Below, piece after piece: positions 23,688-36,982 of a stretch of 64,000 nucleotides of DNA; within the stretch, counting starts at the first letter, position 1; each line of letters starts with the position of its first letter. Source of the DNA: Squalus acanthias (Eukaryota). A program made the translations under genes and the position numbers. Where the stretch lies: NCBI GenBank assembly GCA_030390025.1, contig JASTWF010000033.1, positions 6,574,001-6,638,000 on the forward strand, in the 5' to 3' direction. The notes beneath the pieces were generated by a model. That model did no database searches and was not told the DNA's origin. It saw nothing but the letters and a program-made list of their open reading frames with translations.

Positions 23688-24060
23688 AAATCTAGGCTGA
23701 CACTCCAGTGCAGTGCTGATGGAGTGCTGCACTGTCGGAGGTACTGTGTTTTGGATGAGATGTTAAACTGATGCCCCGTCCGCTCTCTCAGGTGGACGCA
23801 AACGATCCCATGGCAATTTTCGAAGAAGGGCAGTGGAATTATCGCCGGTGTCCTGGCCAATATTTATTTTTCAATCAACATAACAAAAAATACAGATAAT
23901 CTGGTCATTATCACATCACTGTTTGTTTGGCCTTGCTCTGTGCAAATTGGCTGCCGCGTTTCCCATAATACAACAGTGACTATACTCCAAGCGTAAAGCA
24001 CTTTAGGACCTCCAGTGGACGTGAAAGGCGCTATATAAATGCAAGTATTGCTTTCTTTAT
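23688..24060 (+). mobile_element. DeuSINE (SacSINE1/AmnSINE1-like), head truncated
   Basis: CAGTGCTGATGGAGTGCTGCACTGTCGGAGG..GGATGAGATGTTAAA..GATCCCATGGC..CCGGTGTCCTGGCCAA, followed by an L2-type tail. Confidence 0.7.
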
Positions 24061-24823
24061 TTTATGTTTCTGCCCTTTTCACCAGTCTGTCTATGTGCTC
24101 CTGAATTCTGCTACTCTCCTCACTGTTTAATACATTTCTGAGTTCCGTGTCATCTCCAAACTTTGAAATTATGTCTTTAGACTTAATTCTAGTCCATTAA
24201 TGTTTATCAAAAATAGCACTGCCCCTAATATCGACCACTGGCGGACACCCCTTATATTTCCCTTCTGTCTGAAAAACACCCGTTCACCACTACTCTCTGT
24301 TGTCTGTCCCTCAGCGAATGCCGTATCCTTGTAGCCACTGCCCCTTTATCACATGGGTTTCAGATTCCCTATCAAGTCTATTAAATGGCACTTCATCAAA
24401 CGGCTTTTGAAAGTCATATACACAACATCATCAAATCTCTCCATTACTTCATCAGAAATTCAATCAACACATTTAGGCTTTAAAACAATCTGTGCCGGTT
24501 GTCATTCATGAATCCATGTTTTCCCAAGTGACAGATAACTTTGTCCCGGAATATGACTCTAGAAGTTTCCCCTCCACCGAAGTGAGGCTGTCTGGCCCGT
24601 AGTTACAGGGTTTATCCCTCTCCCTTTTATTAAACAGGAAGTAACATTTGCAAACCTCCAAACGTCTGGTACCACTCCCATACCCAAGGAGGATTGAAAG
24701 ATTTAGGCATGAGTCAGCGCTATTTCCACCATTCCTTCCATCAGCAACCCTCATACATCTCATCCGGGCCGGGGAAATGTTCTACTTTACTGTGGTACAA
24801 AAAGTGCTGGTTTGAAAGGGGTT

Positions 24824-24968
24824 AACTGAAGCTGTTTGTTCAGTGACTGTAATTAATGTCAGTCTCCACAGATAAACTGATGCTGTTTGTTCAGTGACTG
24901 TAATTAATGTCAGTTTCCATGGAACCTAATTGTATCACTGCAGGGTTTCCCTATTCTATTAATAAGGG
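24824..24968 (+). promoter_or_regulatory. Putative promoter of distal GPCR first exon: 51-bp duplicated TGTTTGTT + TAATTAA module and TATA-like TATTAATAA
   Basis: Repeat units start at 24824 and 24875. A homologous module lies at 48741-48765, upstream of the other first exon. Confidence 0.55.
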
Positions 24969-25094
24969 ACTCCTCTCAATGCGTTATCCCAGAGTGTCAG
25001 TGAGAGCATCACCTCCGGCTCTAACAGGGATCAGCGCGCTGCTTCGCAGAGCGGGAGTCAGAATCTGAGAATAGTAGATTGGAATGTTACAACA

Positions 25095-25275
25095 ATGGAT
25101 CGGAATATGAGAACAGTAGATTGGAATGTTACAACATTGGGGAGGAGTTTCATCTGGGCTTTTGACCATCTTTCTGATCATTATAATGATATATCATTAA
25201 AAGGGCTTATCTACTATGCACTTGTGATAATTCAACACTTTTACTATCCCCTCCTTGCTGCTGTTGGTGTCCCTG
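25095..25275 (+). CDS. Candidate first coding exon (distal, 1a) of a GPR139-like GPCR: 60-aa N-terminus and first half of TM1
   Basis: MDRNMRTVDWNVTT..IIQHFYYPLLAAVGVP-G|GTAAGT. Has NVT sequon, a consensus phase-1 donor, and is in frame with the exon at 50993. Confidence 0.75.
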
Positions 25276-25437
25276 GTAAGTCTCTGTATCCAGCTATTAA
25301 TTCTATAAATCTTGACTAAGTGCATTATTGTTCTGGTCATTTAACATCCCCTCCTTGTTGCTGTTGTTGTTGCTGATAAGTCACTGTATCCACCTATTAA
25401 CTCTGCAAGCCTTTGCTACCTTTAATACTGTTGTTGT

Positions 25438-28400
25438 AGTGCTAGTGAGTACAAAAAAAGGAAGGTAGAGCAGATGAATGCGTGGCTGGAGAGATGGTGT
25501 AGGAGGGAGGGCTTTAGGTTCCTGAGGAATTGGAACCGTTTCTGGGGGGGATGGGATCTCTACAGGCCACACGGGCTGCACCTCAACGGGAATGGGACCA
25601 ATATTCTCACGGGAGGTTTTGCTAGTGCTGTTGGGGAGGGTTTAAATTAGCTTGGCAGGGAGATTGGAACATTTAATATAGAGTCAATATGGAGGGAAGA
25701 AAAACTGGAATTGGAAAACCAAAAAGTAGAATTTAAATTGGAAGGACAGAGGAATAAAAGGCTAGATAATAGTCAACAAAGAGGTTTGCCTGCACTAAAT
25801 GGTATATACTTCAATGCAAGGAGTATAGCGAACAAGGCAGATGAGCTGAGGGAAGAGGTAGATATTGGGAGTATGATATTATATCTATTACAGAGACGTG
25901 GCTGAAAGAGGGGCAGTTATGGCAGCTCACCATTCCTGGTTAAAGCATTTTCAGACGGGATAGAGAGGGAGGTAAAACGGGAGGGGGTCGCGGTTTTGAT
26001 TAAATAAACTATTTCAGCTGTGAGGAGGGATGATATATTGTAGCGAAAATCAAACGAGTCCATATGGGTCGAATTGAAAAACAAAAAAGTGTCGATCACA
26101 CTGCTGGGAGTGTACTACAGAGCCCCAAACAATGAGAGGGAGCTAGAAGAACAAATATTTAGACACATTTCTGAGAAGTGCAAAAACTATAGGGCAGTAA
26201 TAGTCGGGGACTTCAACTACTCCAATATTAACTGGGATAAAATTAGTGTGAAGTGTATAGAAGGTGCGGAATTACAAAAATGCATCCAGAATACTTTTTT
26301 AACCAGTATGTAGCAATTCCAACAAGGGAGGGGGCGGTTCTGGACTTAGTTAGAGGGAATGAAGCTGGGCCGATAGAAGGGGTGATCATGTTGGTGCTAG
26401 TGACCATAATTCTGTTACATTTAAGTTAGTTATGGAAAAGGATATGGATAGACCAGGAATAAAATTTCTAAATTTGTGAAAAGCAAATTTTGCTAAGCTC
26501 GGAGTGGATATAGCCATAGTGGACTGGAAAAAAGCTACTTGAAGGTAAATCAGTGTCAGAGAATGGGAGGTATTCAATGAGGAGTTCCAGAGGGCTCAAA
26601 CCAAACATGTGCCCTTAAAGAAAAAAGGTGCGACTAACAAATCTTGAGCCCCCTGGATGTCCAGAGATATACAGGGTAGGATAAAGAAAAAAAGGGAAGC
26701 GTATGACAGATACCGAGTGCTAAATGCACCAGAATCTTTAGAGGAGTACATAAAGTGCAGGGATCAATTAAGAAGGATATTAGGAAAGCAAAGAGAGAAC
26801 ATGAAAAATTATTGGCAAGTAAAATCAAGGAAAACCCAAAGATGTTTTATAGATATATTAAGAGTAAGAGGATAACTAAAGAAAGGGTAGGGCCTATTAG
26901 AGATCATGAGGGTAATCTGTGTGTGGAGGCGGGAGACGTCGGTAGAGTTCTTAATGAATACTTTGCGTCTGTTTCCACTAAGGAGAGGGGCTAAGCAGAC
27001 ATTGCTATTGCGGGGGAAAGTGTGACATATTAGATGAAATAAACATAGTGAGAGAGGAAGTAACATTGGCTTCAGCAGTTTTAAAAGTGGATAAATCCCC
27101 AGGCCCGGATGAAATGTATCACAAGCGGTTAAGCGAAGCAAAAGAGGAAATAACAGAGGTCCTGAACCTCATTTTTCAATCCTCTCTGTCTTCAGGTGTG
27201 GTGCCGGAGGACTGGAGGACTGCTAATGTGGTAGCCTTGTTTAAAAAGGGAGAAAAGGATAGACCGAATAATTACAGGCCAGTCAGCCTAACTGAATTCT
27301 GAAAGACTGGATACATCTTCATTAAGGAAGACATGGATTAGTACGGTTTTGTTAAGGAAAGATCGTGTCTGACAAACTTGACTGCATTTTTTTGAGGGGT
27401 AACAAGGAGGGTAGAAGAGGGTAGTGAGTTTAATGTAGTGTATATGGACTTTAGCAAGGCTTTTGATGAGGTTCCACATGACAGACTGGTCACGAAGTTC
27501 AAAGCCCATGTGATCCAGAGCAAAGTGTCAATTTGGATTGAAAAATGTGTCTAGAGCAGAGAGTAATGGTTGATGGCGTTTTTGTGACTGGAACACTGTT
27601 TCCAATGGGGTTCATCAGGATTCAGTATAAGGTCCCTTGCATTGTGTGTTATGTATCAACGATCTTTACTTAAATATTGGGGGTATGATTAGGAAGTTTG
27701 CAGATGATACTAAAATCGGCTGTGTTGTTGATACTGAAGAAGGAAGCTGTAGACTGCAGGAAGATATAAATTGATCAGGTGGGCCGAACATTAGCAAATG
27801 TAATTCAATCCAGAGAAGTGGAAGGTGATGCACTTGGGGAGGGCTAAAAAGGAAAGGGTATACACATTAAATGGTAGGACACTGAGGAGTGTAGCGGTAT
27901 AATGGGACCTTGGAGTGCATGTCCACTGATGACTAAAGAAAGCAGGTCAAGTACATAAGGTGGTTCAGAAGGCATACGGAATGCTTGCCTTTATTAGCCG
28001 TGGAATAGAAAACAAGAGCACGGGGGGTTACGCTTCAACTGTGTAAAACTCTAGTTAGGCATCAGCTAGAGTACTGTATGCAGTTCTGGTCACCACATTA
28101 CCGGAAATAAGTGATTGCACTGGAAAGGGTTCAGAGGAGATTTACAAGGATGTTTCCGGGAGCAGAGAATCTTAGATATGAGGAAAGACTGGATAGGCTG
28201 GGTCTGTTTTCCTTGGAACGGAGGAGGCTGAGGGGAGACCTTATTGAGGTGTATACAATTATGAGGGGCTAGATAAAGTGGATAGAAATGACCTATTTCC
28301 CTTAGCAGAGGGCTCAAAAACCAGGTGGCACAGGATTAATGTAATTGGGGGAACGTTTAGTGGGTATTTGAGGGCAAAGTTCTTCACCCAGAGGGTTGTG

Positions 28401-28620
28401 GGGGTGTGGAACTCACTCCCTGAAAGGTTGGTAGAGGCAGGAACCCTAACCACATTTAAAAAGTACTTCGATGTGCACTTGGGATGCTGTAACCTGCAGG
28501 GCTATGGACCAAGAGCTGGGAAGTGGGATGAGGCTGGATAGCTCCTTGTTGGATGGCACGGACACAATGGGCCGATATAGCCTCCTGCCATGCTGTAACA
28601 TTTTATGATTCTATGATTCT
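25438..28620 (+). mobile_element. Long CR1 LINE (ORF1 3' end, APE endonuclease, RT; many stops)
   Basis: YFNARSI, LGVYYRAPN, VGDFNY, NYRPVSLT and TQRVVGVWNSLP motifs; (ATTCTATG) tail. Confidence 0.93.
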
Positions 28621-28714
28621 ATTTAATTTACTCTCCCCACTTTGCTGTTGTTGGTATCCCTGTTATATCTCTGTATCCAGCAATTAGATCTGTAATCCTC
28701 TGAATCAACAGGCC

Positions 28715-28998
28715 TGCCTACCACCACCTCCACAATATCGACTGTGTCCGCCCCGCATCAGCCCTTTGTTAAATCCAGACTCGACTATTCCAATGTTCTT
28801 CTGGCCAGCCACGCAGGTACAAGCCTCCATGAACTAAAGCTTGTCCAATACTCTGCTGCCCATATCCTAACACTAATCATGTCCCGTTCACCTATCACTG
28901 CTTTGATCACTGTCCTACATTGGGTCCCGATCCGGAAACGCCTCGATCTTAAGATTCTCATCCTTAAGATAAAATCCCATCATGCCCTCACCCCTACA
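28715..28998 (+). mobile_element. L2-clade LINE ORF2 C-terminal fragment
   Basis: FVKSRLDYSNVLL..LKLVQYSAAHIL..PIT..LHWVPI..R.D.KIL. Confidence 0.85.
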
Positions 28999-28999
28999 A

Positions 29000-31900
29000 T
29001 TAGTCCCATTTCCCTGCTCTTTTCCCACATTCCTGCAATTTATTTCCCTTCAAGTATTTATCCAATTCCCCTTTTAAATTTAAATTATTTCCCTCTGTAC
29101 ATCTCCCAGTCTTTCTGTGTCTATTTATATGTCTCTCTTCCTCTTTTTCTCGGTCTCTCTCCCTCTTCTCTCTCTCTTTCTCTTGCTCATACAATCATAG
29201 AATGGTACAGCAGAGAAGGAGTCCATTCGACCCATCGTGTCCTTACCGTCTCTTTGAAAAAGCTATCTTATTTATACTGCTCTAAAAATCTCCACATCAA
29301 CTAATTATCCAATTCCCTTTCGAAAGTTACTGTAGAATCTGCTTCCACCACCTTCTCAGACAGTGCATTCCAGATCACAACAAATTACTGCGTAAAGATA
29401 ATTCTGCTCATCTCTCCTCTGGTTATTTTGCCAATTACCTTAAATCTGTATCCTCTCGTTACCCAACATTCTGCCTCTGGAAACAGTTTCAACTTACTTA
29501 CTCTATCAAAACCCTTCATAATTTTGAGCATCTATATTAAGTCCCCCTGATAGAAAAGGACAACGATAGACCCTGTGAAAAAGTCCTCGTTTGTGGAAAG
29601 GCCGATTTTACTAAGCTGAAAACAGCTTCTTGAAGGGAAATCAGTGCCAAAGCAGCGGGAGGCTTTCAGGGAGGAGATAGTGAGGGTTCAGACCAAATAC
29701 GTTCCCACAAAGAACAATGATGGGACTCCCAAATATTGAAGCCCCTGGATGTTAAAAAGCATACAGGGCAGGATAAGAAAAAAAAGGGAAGCTTTTGTCA
29801 GATACCTAGAGCTAAGTGCTAAAGAAAACCTGGAAGAGTATACAAAGTGCAGGGATGAAATTAAAAAAGAAATAAGGGAAGCAAAGATAGGGCATGATAA
29901 AATATTGGCAAGTAAAATCAAGGGAAACCCAAAGATGTTTTATAAATATATAAAGAGCAAAAGGATAACTAAGGAAAGAATAGGGCCTATTAAAGATCAA
30001 AAAGGTAACCAGAGTGTGGAGGTTGAAGACGTGGGTATGGCTCTTAATAAATACTTTAAATCTTTCTTCACAGAAGAGAGGGACGATGCAGACATTGTGG
30101 TTAAGGAGGAGTGTGAAATATTAGATGAGATAAATATATAGAGAGAGGACATATTAAGGGGTTTAGCATATTTGAATTTCGATAAATCTCGAGGCTCGGA
30201 TGAAATCTATCCCAGGTCACTAAGAGAGACAAGGGAGGAAATATCGGAGGCTCAGACCATCATTTTTCAATCCTCTCTGGCTACAGGTGTGCTGCTAGAG
30301 GGCTGGAGCACTACTAACATTGTTTAAAAAGAAAGATAGGGATTTACCAATTACATAACCTCAGTGGTGGAAAAATTATTGGAAACATTCTGAGGGACAG
30401 GATAAATCTTCATTTAGAAAGGCACAGATTAATCAAGGACAGTCAGCATGAATTTGTTAAAACTCTTCTCAATCTTCGCTGCTCTAAGTAGAACAAACCC
30501 AACTTCTCCAGTCTATCCACGTAACTGAAGTCCCTCATCACTGGAAATATTCTTGTACATCTTTTCTGCAAACTGTCTAAGGCCTTCACATCCTTCCTAA
30601 AGGGCGGTGCCCAGAATTCGACACAAAACCCCGGTGAGGCCGAACGAGTGTTTTATACAGTTTCATCATAACTTCCTTGTTTCTGTACTCTATCCCTCTA
30701 TTTATGAAGCCCAGGATCCCGTAAGCATTTAAAACTGCTTTCTCAACCTGCCCGGCCACCTTCAATGATTTGTGCACATATACCACTAGTTCACCCTTTA
30801 GGATTGCACCCTTTAGTTTATATTTCCTCTCTTCATTCTTTCTACCAAAATACATCACTTCGAACTTTTCTGCATTAAATTTCATCTGCCACGTTCCCGC
30901 CCATTCCACCAGTCTGTCTATGTCGTTTTGAACCCAATCACTACCCTCCTCACAGTTCACTATACATCCAAGTTTTGTGTCATCTGCAAATTTTGAAATT
31001 CTGCCCTGTACACCCACATCCAAGTCATTAATATATATCAAGCAAATCGATGGTCCTAGAACCGATCCCTGGGGAACACCACTCTATACTTTCCTCCAGT
31101 CTGAAAAACAACCGTTCACCAATACACTCTGTTTCCTGTCACTCAGCCAATTTCGTATCTATGCTGCCACTGTCCCTTTTATTCCATGTGTTTCAAATTT
31201 TCTCGCAAGCCTCTTAAGTGGCACTTTGTCGAAAGTCTTTTGGTAATCCATGTACAGCACATGAACCGCATTGCCCTCATCAACCCTCTCTGTTACCTCA
31301 TTAAAACACTGGATTAAGTTGGTTAAATACGATTTGCCTTTAACAAATCCGTGTTGGTTTTCCTTAATTATTCCACACTTACCAAGTGACTGTTAGTTTA
31401 GTCCTGATTATTGTTTCAAAAGCTTCCCCACTACCGAAGTTTAACTGACTGGCCTGTTGTTGCTGGGTTTATCTTTACACTTTTTTTTGAACCAGGGTAT
31501 AACATTTTCAATTCTCCAGTCCTCTGGCACCACCCCCGTTTCTAAGGAAGATCGGAGATTATGGCCAATACCTCCGCGATTTCTTCCTTTACTTCCATCA
31601 GCGTCCTCTGATGCATCCCTTCTGGTCCTCGTTATTAATTTACTTTAAGTACAGGCATCTTTTCTGGTGCCGCCTCTTTATCGACTTTTATCCCATCCAG
31701 TATCTCCACTACCTCCTCCTTCACTATGACTTTGGTAGCATCTTCTTCCTTGGTAAAGACAGATGCAAAGTACTCGTTTAGTACCTCAGCCATGCCCTCT
31801 GCCTCCATGCATAGGTCTCTTTTTTGCTCCCTAATTGGCTCCACCCCACCTCATACTACCCGTTAATATTTATATGCCTGTAGAATACTTTTGGATTACC

Positions 31901-34900
31901 TTTTATGTTAGCTGTTATTCTGTTCTCATAACCTCTCTTCGCCCTTTTTATTTTCCTTTTCACTTTTTCTCTGAACTTTACATATTTAGCCTGACTCTTG
32001 ACCTGACATCTGTCATACGCGCTCTTTTTCTGCGCCATCTTCCTCTCTCTTTCTTAAGTCATTCAGGGATTTCTGACTTAGCTCCCATATCTTTACCCCT
32101 AGTCGGAATATACCTCGACTGTACTCGGACTATTTTCTTGGTAAAGGCAGCCCATTGTTCCTTTACAGGTTTGCCTGACAATCTTTGATTCCAATTTACC
32201 CGGGCCAACTCCGTTCTCATCCCACTAAAATTGGCCTTCCTCCAATTACGTACTTTTACTCTAGATTGCTCCCTGTCCGTATCCATAGCTACTCTAACCC
32301 TTATGATACTATGATCATTGTTCCCTTAATGTTCACCTACTGACACTTGCTCCATGTGACCTACCCCATTCCCGATAACCAGAACCAGTAATGCCTCCTT
32401 CCTTACATAGAATTACATAGGAGATATGAAACAGAAACAGGCCATTCGGCCCAACCAATCCATGACAGCGTTTATGCTTGACTCGAGCCTCCTCTCGTCT
32501 TTCTTCATCTAACTCTATCAGCATAACCGTCTATTCCCTTCTGCCTCATATGCTTGTCCCCTAAAATGCATCTATACTATTCGCTTCAACCACTCCCTGC
32601 GGTAGCGAGTTCCACATTCTCACCACTCTCACAACTCTCTGGTAAAGAAGTTTCTTCTGATTTTCCAATTGGATTTCTTGCTGACTATCCTATATCGAAG
32701 GCCTCCAGTTATGCTCTTCCCCACAAGTGGGAACATTCTCTCTGCATCCACTCTATCAAAACCTTTCATAATTTTAACGACCTCAGTTAGGTCACCCCTC
32801 AGCCTTTTTTCAAGTAAAAAGAGATCCAACCTGTTCATCCTTTCCTGATATGTCTACCCTCGCATTTGTGGAATCATCCTTGTAAATCTTCTCTGCATTC
32901 TCTCCAGTGCCTCAAATCCTTTTTATAATATGACGACCTGAAATGCACAATGTACTCCAAGTGTGGTCTGAACAATGCTCGATACAGGTTTAGCATAACT
33001 TCCCTGCTTTTTAATTATATTCCTCTAGAAATAAACCCCAGTGCTTGTTTTACCTTTATATGGCCTTGCTAAGCTATGGCGCAACCTCTGGTGATTTGTG
33101 TATTCGTACTCCGAGATCCCTTTACTTCTCTACCCCACCGAGACTCGCACCTTCCAAGTGATAAGTGACCTCCCTATTCTTCCTAACAACATGTAATACC
33201 TCACATTTATCTGTGTTGAACTTCATTTCCCAATTATTTGCCCATTATGCAAGTTTATAAATGTCCTCCTGTAATTTGTTGCAGTCCTCCTCAGTATTGA
33301 CTACCCCCCTCACTAATTTGGTGTCATCCGCAAAATTTGAAATTGTGTTTTTGAGTCCAAATTCGAAATCGTTAATTGAAATTGTGAACAACAGTGGTCC
33401 CAGCACTTATCCTTGTGGAACACCACTACCCAACTTCTGCCACTGTGAAAAGTTACCCTTTACCCCTACTCTCTGCTTTCTGTCTTGAAGCCATCTAGCA
33501 ATCCATTTTGCTACTTGCCCCCTGACTCAGCATCTTCTGACCTTATTCATTAGTCTTTTATGGTGTACCTTATCGAAGACCTTTTGAAAATCCAGATAAC
33601 TTACATCAACTGCATTACCATTGTCTGCTCTCTCTGTTACCACTTCAAAAATTTCAATAATGTTGGTCAAGCAAGATTTTCCATTTTGAAATCCATGCTG
33701 ACTATTCATTATTATACTTTTAATTGATAGATATTCTTCGATTCTTTCCTTTAGTAGGCATTCCATTATTTTTCCTGCCACCGATGTTAAGCTAACTGGT
33801 CTATTACTCGCTGGACATGTTCTATCCCCCTTCTTAAATATAGTTATTGCGTTATTGTGTCGTAATGCCTCTGGATATCTCTTCCCTAGATTTTTTAAAA
33901 ATGCGTGGATGCAATCCTTCCGGACCAGGGGTTTTATCCTCATTGAGTTTGATTAGTTTATTTAATATATCCCCTTTTAATTTTAAAAGGACTTATCTCA
34001 TTGCTCAGCTCATCATCCAATGTCATGTCCACCTGTGCTATCGCCCTGGTAAACACCGAAGCGAAATAATGATTTAATATTTCTGCCATCTCTCTATTGT
34101 TACCTGTGGTATCGTCCTGCCAATCGCTTAATGACTCTATTCCCATCCCAATCTTCCTATTTTTATTGATTTGCCTGTAAAATATTTTACTTTTTGTTTT
34201 ATGTTCCTTGATCATTTAATTTCATAGTTACTCTTTGCCTTCCTAATAGATTTTTTTAACTTCTCTACTATTCCCTTCGAATTCTCTCTTATCATGCACT
34301 CGTCGTTGGGCCAGAAATATACCGATCAAGAAAGTTCTCCTGAACACACTTCAGAAATTCTTCCCCTGTCTCTGCCCTTTACACTATTACAATGCCAATC
34401 TATGTTAGGATAGTTGAAGTCCCTCATTATCACTACTCTATAGTTCTTGCATCTCTCTGTAATTTCTCTGCAAACTTGCTCCTCCATATTCTTCCCACGA
34501 GTTGGTGGACTATAGAATACACCTAGTAGTGTAATGGCACCTCTATTATTCCTCAACTCTAGCCATATAGATTCTGTTGTTGACCCCTCCAGGACATCCT
34601 CACTGTAACATTATCCTTAATTAATACTGCCACACCACCTCTTAACTTTCGTTCCCTATCTTTAATGAACAACTTATATGCAGGAAATTTAATATCCAAT
34701 CCTATCCTTTTTTGAGCCAGGTTTCCGTTATTGCCACGACATCATATTCCCAGGTGGCTATTTGCACCTGCTGCTCACCAACTGTGCTTACTATGCTCGG
34801 TGCGTTCACATACATGCACTGTAAACCTATACTAGAAGATCCTGTGTTCTCTCATAGTCTGACCCCACCTAATACCTTGCTATTTCTTATTTAGTGCTAC

Positions 34901-35905
34901 CCGTCTCTCCAATACTTTGCGTCCTTTTTTTTCTCCTTTCTATTGCTACATTCTAGTGCCCATCCCCCTGCCAACTTAGTTTAAAACCTCCCAAACAACA
35001 CTAGCAAACCTTCCCGTGAGGTTATTGGTACTGGCTCTGTTGAGGTGCAACCTTTTCCGCCTGTACAGGTCCCACCTCCCCCACAACAGGCCCAAATGCC
35101 CCAGGAATCTAAAGCCCTCCCTCCTGCACCATCTCTCCAGCCACTCATTCATCCGGCCTATCCTTCTATTTCTATACTCACTCGCGCGTGGAACCCGGAG
35201 TAATTCAGAGATTACTACCTTTGAGGCCCTGCTTTTCAATCTTTTTCGAGCTCCCGAAAATCTGCCTGCAGGATCTCATCCCTCTTTCTACCGATATGGA
35301 CCACGATCTGTGGTTGTTCACCTTCCCACCTCGGAATGTTCCGCAGGCGCTCGGTGACATCCTTAAACCTGGCACCAAAGAGGCAAAATACCGTCCTGGA
35401 GTCACGCCTTCGACCGCAAAAACGCCAGTCTGCTCGCCTAACTATCCCCTACCACTATTGCTTTCCTGAACTTCCTCCTCCGCTCCTTTACAGCTGAGTC
35501 ACCCATGGTGCCGTGGACTTTGCTCTGGCTGTACTCGCCAGAGGAACCACCGTCTTCACCCGTACTCGGAACACAATACTGGTTGAAGAACGAGATGCAC
35601 TCAGGGGACTCCTGCACTACTTGCCGGATCCTCCTCTTCTGTGTGGCGGTCACCAATTCCCTTTCTGCCTGCACCCTCTTAAGCTGAGGGGTGACCACCT
35701 CCTGAATGCGCTATCCAAGTAGCTCTCGGCCTCACGGATGCCCAGTGATGCCAATTGCTGCACAAGCTCCTGAACCCGGAACTCGAGCTCTTCAAGCTGA
35801 CGACACTTCCTGTACACGTGGTTGTCCAGCACACGGGAAGCGTCCTGAAGTTCCCACTTCTCAGAAGGTGCGCATTCCGCTGGACCGAGCTGCCCTGCCA
35901 TAACT
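29000..35905. mobile_element. Stack of CR1 fragments: + at ~29550-30460; - at ~30460-32405, ~32407-34270 and ~34320-35905 (ORF1 esterase and EN)
   Basis: Multiple CR1 RT/EN ORF fragments. ORF1 motifs MAGQLGPAEC, AIVVGDS and GFRFLGH..WGRWDLY..LHLN. Confidence 0.88.
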
Positions 35906-35999
35906 TTATGTATTCTAATTTTAATTAACTTTACAGAAAATTAAGACTAGTATGAACAGTTATTAACATAATAAAGTATTAACAGTTACAAACGCTTTG

Positions 36000-36132
36000 T
36001 ATGAGACAGGACGAGTCACTCAGGCTTTTTTAAAGAGACAGGATCAATCACACAGTATGTTAAAAGAGACAGGATCAATCACACAGTATGTTAAAAGAGA
36101 CATAGCAGTCACACAGGCTTCTTAAGGAGACA
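36000..36132. repeat. ~31-bp tandem repeat (~4 copies)
   Basis: Unit AAGAGACAGGATCAATCACACAGTATGTTAA. Confidence 0.85.
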
Positions 36133-36982
36133 CAATTCTGAAAACAAAAGGGCCTATAGATTCCACTCGGGCAGTGACACGCGGTATCAGATCCGAAATT
36201 CGTATTGGAAATTCACGGCCCTCATATCTGTCCATACAGATTATTAGTGCATTAATGTTCGTTCAGAGATTCTAATCTTGTCCTGAATATGACGCCTTAG
36301 AACCTGCTTATTTTGTAGACTCTTAGTTTTAATATGTGTAAGTCTCCTTAATATTGAGAAATGTTTAATAAAGTGATTAGAATTAGTAGGGTCTTGCCAA
36401 AATGTCATCCCTGTCTTTGCAGATAGTAATCCTTAACAATCTTGACTTGGGCCTTGTAGGTGTTGGAGATGTTTTGGGGAGTCAGGAGGTGAGTTACTCA
36501 CCGCAGAATACCCAGTCTCTGACCTGCTGTAGTAGCCACGGCATTCATGTGGCTGGTCCAGTGAGTCGCTGATCAATGGCGAGCCTAGGATTTGGTGGTG
36601 GAGGATTCGGTGATGGAAGTGCCGTTGACTGTCAATGGAGGAGGTTAGATTCCATCTTATTGGAGGTGGTGATCTACTGCCACCTATGTGGAGATAATTT
36701 ACCAAATGACACCAGGGGGACGAGAGAAGCTGGGATTGTTCTCCTTAAAGCAGTGAAGGTTCAGGGGAGCTTGAATAGAAATGTTCAGAAAGATAAGAGG
36801 TTTTCATACAGTAAGCATGGATAAACTGTTCCCACTATGTGCCTTGTCATTACCAAAGAACACAGATATAAGATAATTGGTAAAATAAATGGCGGCTGGA
36901 GAGGAGGAGAACTTTGGTCACGCAGTGAGATTTAATGATCTGGCATGAACTCTGGGAAAGTCTGGTGGAAGCAAATTCTGTC

